Below are positions 36,178 to 37,070 of a stretch of DNA of 37,070 bases, one piece after another. The DNA comes from a virus (Duplodnaviria; Caudoviricetes). The notes beneath the pieces were generated by a model that did not search any database, was not told the DNA's origin, and saw only the letters and a program-made list of their open reading frames with translations. Positions within the stretch are counted from its first letter, which is position 1. Every line of letters starts with the position of its first letter. The stretch spans positions 1 through 37,070 of IMG/VR virus record IMGVR_UViG_3300047669_000545; one strand, written 5' to 3'. A program made the position numbers and the translations under genes.

Positions 36178-36588
36178 ATGTCTAATCAAACAGTTGGTTT
36201 AGTTTCAAATTTACCTGTTAACGGTAATGGTCGAAAATCTACAGATATAAAGTTTAAGTTTAATCTTGGTATAGATACTCCTTATCAGTATGTATTTACT
36301 GTAGGAGCACATGACACTAATTTAGAAGCGATTCGGAAATTGATGACTGTTACAGGTATCACTAATTTCTTTGCTAAGCTAGGAGACGACTACCAGTTAG
36401 TCGATTCTGACGGCAAGGGCATCCAGATTAAAGGTAACAACGGAGATTCTTGTGGCTTTGTTAATCATAGTAATTTTGATAAAGAAATTACTTTAGAAGT
36501 CCACGGTGAAGATATTATTGAAGCCGCTAAAGTAAGTATACTCGCAGTAAGGGATAAACTTACTATCGCTTCTGCGTTTACCGCGTAG
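36178..36588 (+). CDS. Early hypothetical protein
   Basis: 136 aa, strong AGGAGG RBS. Confidence 0.75.
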   Translation: MSNQTVGLVSNLPVNGNGRKSTDIKFKFNLGIDTPYQYVFTVGAHDTNLEAIRKLMTVTGITNFFAKLGDDYQLVDSDGKGIQIKGNNGDSCGFVNHSNFDKEITLEVHGEDIIEAAKVSILAVRDKLTIASAFTA

Positions 36589-36609
36589 AACAACAGTTTC
36601 ATCAATATT

Positions 36610-36647
36610 GGCAGACCTACTTAATTGTAGGTTTGCCTTTATTTTTT
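36610..36647 (+). terminator. Rho-independent terminator
   Basis: GGCAGACCTAC-TTAATT-GTAGGTTTGCC followed by TTTATTTTTT. Confidence 0.85.
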
Positions 36648-36672
36648 ACTTATAAGATAGATAGAACTTAAT

Positions 36673-36685
36673 CCGCCTCCAGCGG
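36673..36685 (+). promoter_or_regulatory. CTCCA-loop hairpin 4 (candidate virion-RNAP promoter)
   Basis: CCGC-CTCCA-GCGG, then GCGGG-TTCTT-CCCGC at 36690. Confidence 0.65.
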
Positions 36686-36745
36686 GTTGGCGGGTTCTTC
36701 CCGCTAAAAGTTTTCTTCTTTCAACGTCAAAAGAGGAGGTTTGAA

Positions 36746-36970
36746 ATGACATACAATCAGGCTATAGAGCATGAGTATTTTAATTACTTCAATAGGATTA
36801 TAGGTGTAGATCCTGATCCAAATATAAAAAGAGTACTATTTGTATGTGATGAATACGAACGTATACATAATTACGAAAGATCATCACCTCGCTTAATTCC
36901 TAAAGAATGGGGTGATCTACCAATTGACGAGTTCTATAAACCAAAGCCTGTAATATTGGAGGCATCATGA
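36746..36970 (+). CDS. Early hypothetical protein
   Basis: 74 aa, AGGAGGT RBS. Confidence 0.75.
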   Translation: MTYNQAIEHEYFNYFNRIIGVDPDPNIKRVLFVCDEYERIHNYERSSPRLIPKEWGDLPIDEFYKPKPVILEAS

Positions 36971-37070
36971 TTAACTACATGATTATCTGGCTATTAGTAG
37001 TAATAGGACTATTTGTAACTTCTGATGTTGTTAATACATGGGAAGTTGCTAATAACTATCCATACGGTAA
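36967..37070 (+). CDS. Small membrane protein, truncated by the window end
   Basis: ATGA overlap; MINYMIIWLLVVIGLFVTSDVV... open to the edge. Confidence 0.5.
   Translation, partial: MINYMIIWLLVVIGLFVTSDVVNTWEVANNYPYG

Noticed and set aside
35309-36700. CRISPR-like array from the recurring repeats and hairpins
   Set aside because: Repeats are not identical, spacing is irregular and includes whole genes, and there are no cas genes.
1-37070. Stop-codon reassignment and tRNA genes
   Set aside because: Conserved genes are full length under the standard code, with TAA, TAG and TGA all used as stops; no cloverleaf or T-loop motif was noticed in the few intergenic gaps.

Overview
AT-rich, gene-dense segment of an N4-like (Schitoviridae-type) podophage, probably marine. 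The minus strand carries the late region in N4 order: gp69-like, terminase large subunit, gp67-like adaptor, a long tail/fibre block, secreted and membrane proteins and lysis genes, portal, gp58/gp57-like, major capsid, and gp55-gp51-like virion proteins. After a strand switch near 35.3-35.7 kb, small plus-strand early-type genes begin. There are two main surprises. (1) Fatty-acid/polyketide-type genes are embedded in the morphogenesis region. An acyl carrier protein, a divergent ketosynthase with Cys-His-His motifs and a possible GNAT-like protein sit directly upstream of the portal gene. A FabZ dehydratase lies between the gp69-like gene and TerL, and a B12-radical SAM enzyme and an AlkB-family oxygenase lie nearby. 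Together these could form an undescribed phage acyl-chain synthesis/acylation system. (2) Four hairpins with different but complementary stems share an invariant CTCCA loop, and each is followed by a second hairpin. They look like a variant of N4 virion-RNA-polymerase hairpin promoters. All family assignments come from motif recognition and gene order by eye; no database search was run.
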